Source: Trueperaceae bacterium
Lineage (GTDB): Bacteria; Deinococcota; Deinococci; Deinococcales; Trueperaceae
Assembly (NCBI GenBank): GCA_965214405.1
Contig: OZ243956.1
Coordinates: forward strand, 96,001 to 160,000
Direction of reading: 5' to 3'
Length of the DNA: 64,000 bases
In this document: piece after piece, positions 59,593-64,000 of the stretch
How the letters are laid out: every line of letters begins with the position of its first letter
How positions within the stretch are numbered: the first letter of the stretch is position 1
Notes under the pieces: model-generated
Seen by the model: the letters and a program-made list of their open reading frames with translations, nothing else
What the model was told of the DNA's origin: nothing
Databases searched by the model: none
Program-made: the position numbers and the translations under genes

Positions 59593-60099
59593 TCAAGCCG
59601 AGGAGCGCTCGAGCAAGCGGGAAAGCTCCGCCAGGGTGGAGAGCGCGTCGCGGTCATTGTCGCGGAGTTGGGCCTCGAGCGTAAACAGACTGCTTTCTAA
59701 CTCCGGCCAGGTGGCGCTCGAGCCGTAAAGGTGCTCTAAACTGTTGTACAGAACATCGTAGTCGACCACGAGCAGCGACAGGTCGCGCTTCGCCGCCGCC
59801 TCGGCCCGGAACGAGGCGAGGCGCGCCATCACCTCCATAAAGAGAAGCTGGTCTTGCATCCCCTCGATTTGCGGCGCGCTACTCACCGACAGCGCGCCTT
59901 GGGGCGGCAGCGCCTCGCGCAGCCGGTTGGTGCGGTAGAGCCAGAAGCCGCCGCCCGCCGCGAAAAAAAGCAGCACCACCACCACCCAGGGCAAAATCCG
60001 CTTGGGCCGAATTCGCAGGCGCTTGAGCCGCCCCCTAAGCGCTGTTCCGACCCGCTCCCTTCTCGATGAAATTTCTTTCACAAGGTCCGTGTCTCTCAT
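59593..60099 (-). CDS. Hypothetical single-pass membrane protein
   Basis: One TM helix; TAGGCT 6 nt before ATG. Confidence 0.65.
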   Translation of the reverse strand: MRDTDLVKEISSRRERVGTALRGRLKRLRIRPKRILPWVVVVLLFFAAGGGFWLYRTNRLREALPPQGALSVSSAPQIEGMQDQLLFMEVMARLASFRAEAAAKRDLSLLVVDYDVLYNSLEHLYGSSATWPELESSLFTLEAQLRDNDRDALSTLAELSRLLERSSA

Positions 60100-60353
60100 G
60101 GCGTCAGCCTAGCACGCACGCCCGCGTATCGAAGGTGCGCTTTTGTAAAAATATCTGCAAGACTTAAGAAGGCGCCTCTTGCTTCCCCGGCTTGTCACGC
60201 GGACGGGCTCGAGCGCCGTCACCCAACCTCTATAAAAGGCCGTAAAAGGCGTTTGTCGAGGAGGTCAATTTACGCGCGCAGATACCTGTTATAAAAGAGA
60301 TGTGACGCTCGCCTCTTTCTCCCACCCGAACGTCGGGGCTTCGGGGCGCTGAG

Positions 60354-61547
60354 GTGGCCCGCATCGTCTACGCGCTCTGCGGGGAGGGGCGCGGGCACCT
60401 CTCGAGGACGCTGGCCGTGGTCGAGACCTTGCGCGGCAGAGGTCACGAGATCATGTTTTGTTGCGGGGGCGCGGCCAGGGAGACGCTCGAGGCCGGGGCT
60501 AAACACGGTGAAACTAGCGACGTGCTCTCTGTACCCGCCTTGGGTCAAAGCGTCAGGGACAATCGCGTCAATTTTTTCGAGACGGTGCGCCGCAACCTAG
60601 CCCCTATCCTTTTCAAACCCGAAATCGTGCGGGGGCTGGCAAGGCGTTTGGAGGCGCTCGAGCCTGCTGTGCTCGTGACCGACTTCGAGCCCTTTAGCGC
60701 CCTCGCCGCGGAGCTTATCGGCCTGCCCACCGTGTCCCTGAACCGTCAGCAGATTCTCACCGAAACCCGCCCCAGGGTACCGCGGGCGCACTCTCTTAAC
60801 GCCGCCCTGACCGCGGGCGTGGTGCGGCACATCACGCCGCGACGACCCGCGCACGTTATCCTGCCCTCTTTTGCCCCCCCCTCACCGCCCCGCCGCCCCG
60901 AGCGGGTCAGCCTGGTGCCGCCCATCATCCGCGCCGCGGTGCGAACGCGGACGCCGAGTACGGGCGAGCACGTCGTCGTCTACACCAACCACGTGGGGGC
61001 GGCGGAGGTGCTGGGGGCGCTGCGCGGTTTAGACCAGCCTTTTGTGCTTTTCGGTTTCGGTCAGGAGGTTGGGCAGAGCGAACGAGGCGGCAATTTGACG
61101 TTTGAGCCGCCTTCCGAAGGGGGTTTTCTGGACGCGCTTACGAGCAGCCGGGGCGTGATTTGCACGGCGGGTTTTACGCTTCTTAGCGAGGCGCTTTACC
61201 TGGGCAAACCCATTCTGGCGGTGCCCAACCGCGGCTCTTTCGAGCAGACGCTGAACGCGCTCGAGCTGGCGCGTAAAGGCTTAGGCGAGACGGTGATCGG
61301 ACGCTCGCTCACCAGGGAGGACGTGACGGAATTTTTAAGAGCATCAGGAGCGTTGCGGCAGCCACATTTTCGTCCCGGTAACGACGCGGCAGCCGACATT
61401 ATCGAGAGGGTGATGGGTGAGCGGGAGCTGAGAAGAGAACGGGTGGAGGATGGGGGCAGGGGCCGTCGCCCCGTAACCACGTCTATACCCTCGTCACTCA
61501 CCTCTGCATCCACGTCCAAAGCCGCTCACAGGGTACTGGGAACGTAA
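60354..61547 (+). CDS. GT-B glycosyltransferase (MJ1255-like)
   Basis: IVYALCGEGRGHLSR, VTDFEP, CTAGFTLLSEALYLGKP, FEQTLNA. Confidence 0.88.
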   Translation: MARIVYALCGEGRGHLSRTLAVVETLRGRGHEIMFCCGGAARETLEAGAKHGETSDVLSVPALGQSVRDNRVNFFETVRRNLAPILFKPEIVRGLARRLEALEPAVLVTDFEPFSALAAELIGLPTVSLNRQQILTETRPRVPRAHSLNAALTAGVVRHITPRRPAHVILPSFAPPSPPRRPERVSLVPPIIRAAVRTRTPSTGEHVVVYTNHVGAAEVLGALRGLDQPFVLFGFGQEVGQSERGGNLTFEPPSEGGFLDALTSSRGVICTAGFTLLSEALYLGKPILAVPNRGSFEQTLNALELARKGLGETVIGRSLTREDVTEFLRASGALRQPHFRPGNDAAADIIERVMGERELRRERVEDGGRGRRPVTTSIPSSLTSASTSKAAHRVLGT

Positions 61548-62596
61548 TGACGCGTGTTCTCCTGCTGTCGCTCCTTTTTAGCGTCTTGGGCGTTGTCGCG
61601 GTGCTCTTCGCGCTCGGGGGGCCGCAGGACTTGAGGGCGTTATCAGAAATTCCTTTTTGGGCCTTTGGCGGCGGCCTGGGGCTGCTCGCGCTCAACTATC
61701 TCTGCGGCGCGCTGCGCCTCTCCCTGCTCACGCGCACGCTCGGTGAACCTCTGGGACTCCGGCAGGCGTGGCAGGCTTACGTGCTGGGCCGCTTTGGCGC
61801 CGCGGTAACGCCCAGCGGCAGCGGTTCGGTGCCCGCGGTGGCGCTGACGCTTGTGGGGCGCGGCCTCTCCCCCGAGCAGGCCTGGTCGGTGCCGCTCTAC
61901 ACCTCCGTGCTGGACCTGTTCTTTTTCGCCTGGGCAGCCCCGCTCGCCGTGCTTACGGCCCTCAACGCGCTCCCCGGCGTGTCGCTTAGCCCCTGGCTCG
62001 CGCTGCTCCTGGCGGCTCTTTTTCTCGGCAGCGGCTACGGACTGGCTTACCGGCTAGGAAGCCTCACGCGGCCCGTGTTTTGGCTCTTCTCGTTCTCGCC
62101 GCTTCTGCGCTGGCGGAGAGGTGCGCTGCGCGCACTTTGGCGCACCTCGAGCGCCCTCGCCACGATGCGCGGGGGCGGCCCCTTGCGCGGTCTCCTTTTG
62201 GGGCTGCTCACGCCGCTCATCCACGGCTCGAGCTACGCGATTTTCTTCCTTTTCGCCCGCGCTCTGGACCTCCACACGCCGCCCCTCTTTTCGCTCGCCG
62301 TGGTGCTTTTATCGTCCGTGGCTTCGTTCGCGGTGCCCACGCCGGGCGGGAGCGGGGCTTTGGAGGTGATGGTGGGTCTCGCTATTGGCCGCTCCGCCGA
62401 CGCGGGGGTGAACCCGGCACTCGCCCCGACTGTCACCGCCAACGTAACCGCCAACGTAACCGCCGCCGTGATCGCCTGGCGCTTGACGAGCCACTACAGC
62501 AACGTGGTGGTGGGCGCGGTTTTGGGTGGTCCGCTGCTGGGCCGTCTGCTCGAGTTCGGCAAGAGGTCCGAAGGACCCCAAGCGCCCGCGCCGTGA
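61547..62596 (+). CDS. Lysylphosphatidylglycerol-synthase TM / flippase-like protein (UPF0104)
   Basis: VTPSGSG, PTPGGSGALE, WRLTSHY; multi-TM. Confidence 0.85.
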   Translation: MTRVLLLSLLFSVLGVVAVLFALGGPQDLRALSEIPFWAFGGGLGLLALNYLCGALRLSLLTRTLGEPLGLRQAWQAYVLGRFGAAVTPSGSGSVPAVALTLVGRGLSPEQAWSVPLYTSVLDLFFFAWAAPLAVLTALNALPGVSLSPWLALLLAALFLGSGYGLAYRLGSLTRPVFWLFSFSPLLRWRRGALRALWRTSSALATMRGGGPLRGLLLGLLTPLIHGSSYAIFFLFARALDLHTPPLFSLAVVLLSSVASFAVPTPGGSGALEVMVGLAIGRSADAGVNPALAPTVTANVTANVTAAVIAWRLTSHYSNVVVGAVLGGPLLGRLLEFGKRSEGPQAPAP

Positions 62597-62892
62597 GCGT
62601 TTGCTTTGAGACGCCGACCTTCACCCCCCATGACCTTCACCCCCTCACTGTGCGCGCCGCTATGTTGCTCAGGGAGAGCCTGCTAAGCTTAGGGGGTGCG
62701 GTTTTGGCGCGGCAGCGTTTTTGAAGCTCGTCCGTCAGCCATAGCCGTGACTTCAGCCGCTTTTATCTTGATGGCGTTTTTATGGGAATGAGCAAGTTTA
62801 TAGGAATGAGCAAGACCAAAACTATTCTGAGACCTGATGAGACCCGGTAAACCTGAGAACCAAACTGTACAACGTAACGGTTAGGAGAGAGC

Positions 62893-64000
<1,108 letters not shown>

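Noticed and set aside
59397..59657. 86-aa ORF containing PELEPELEPE
   Set aside because: Start overlaps the upstream gene with no RBS; openness partly explained by the 12-bp repeat

Overview
GC-rich bacterial chromosomal window, most likely Deinococcota (Truepera-like). This is inferred from protein families, many leaderless-gene signatures and strong over-representation of CTCGAG. Left end: the 3' half of a type I-E CRISPR-Cas locus (cas7 partial, cas5e, cas6e, cas1e, cas2e), an 83-repeat/82-spacer array (2885-7908) and an XRE-HTH/RelE toxin-antitoxin pair. Next come housekeeping genes (frameshifted prfB; cdaA-cdaR-def-fmt-der; pgm), a nanE/RpiR amino-sugar ABC operon with uncharacterised enzymes, and an XPB-like helicase + DUF790 (Bax1-like) nuclease pair. 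An accessory stretch (about 39-50 kb) holds two PIN-type TA modules, an IS5-family element, a low-GC PadR islet and a MacB/LolD-type ABC locus. The right end has an Opp-family (probably oligosaccharide) ABC importer with a fused permease-ATPase, envelope genes and the 5' part of zwf. The strongest feature missed by the ORF track is a decayed, partly duplicated GH84 O-GlcNAcase gene coupled to an intact GNAT resembling the pseudo-acetyltransferase domain of eukaryotic OGA; the two copies of its 5' region flank a TA cassette. Functional calls come from motif recognition by eye; no database search was run.
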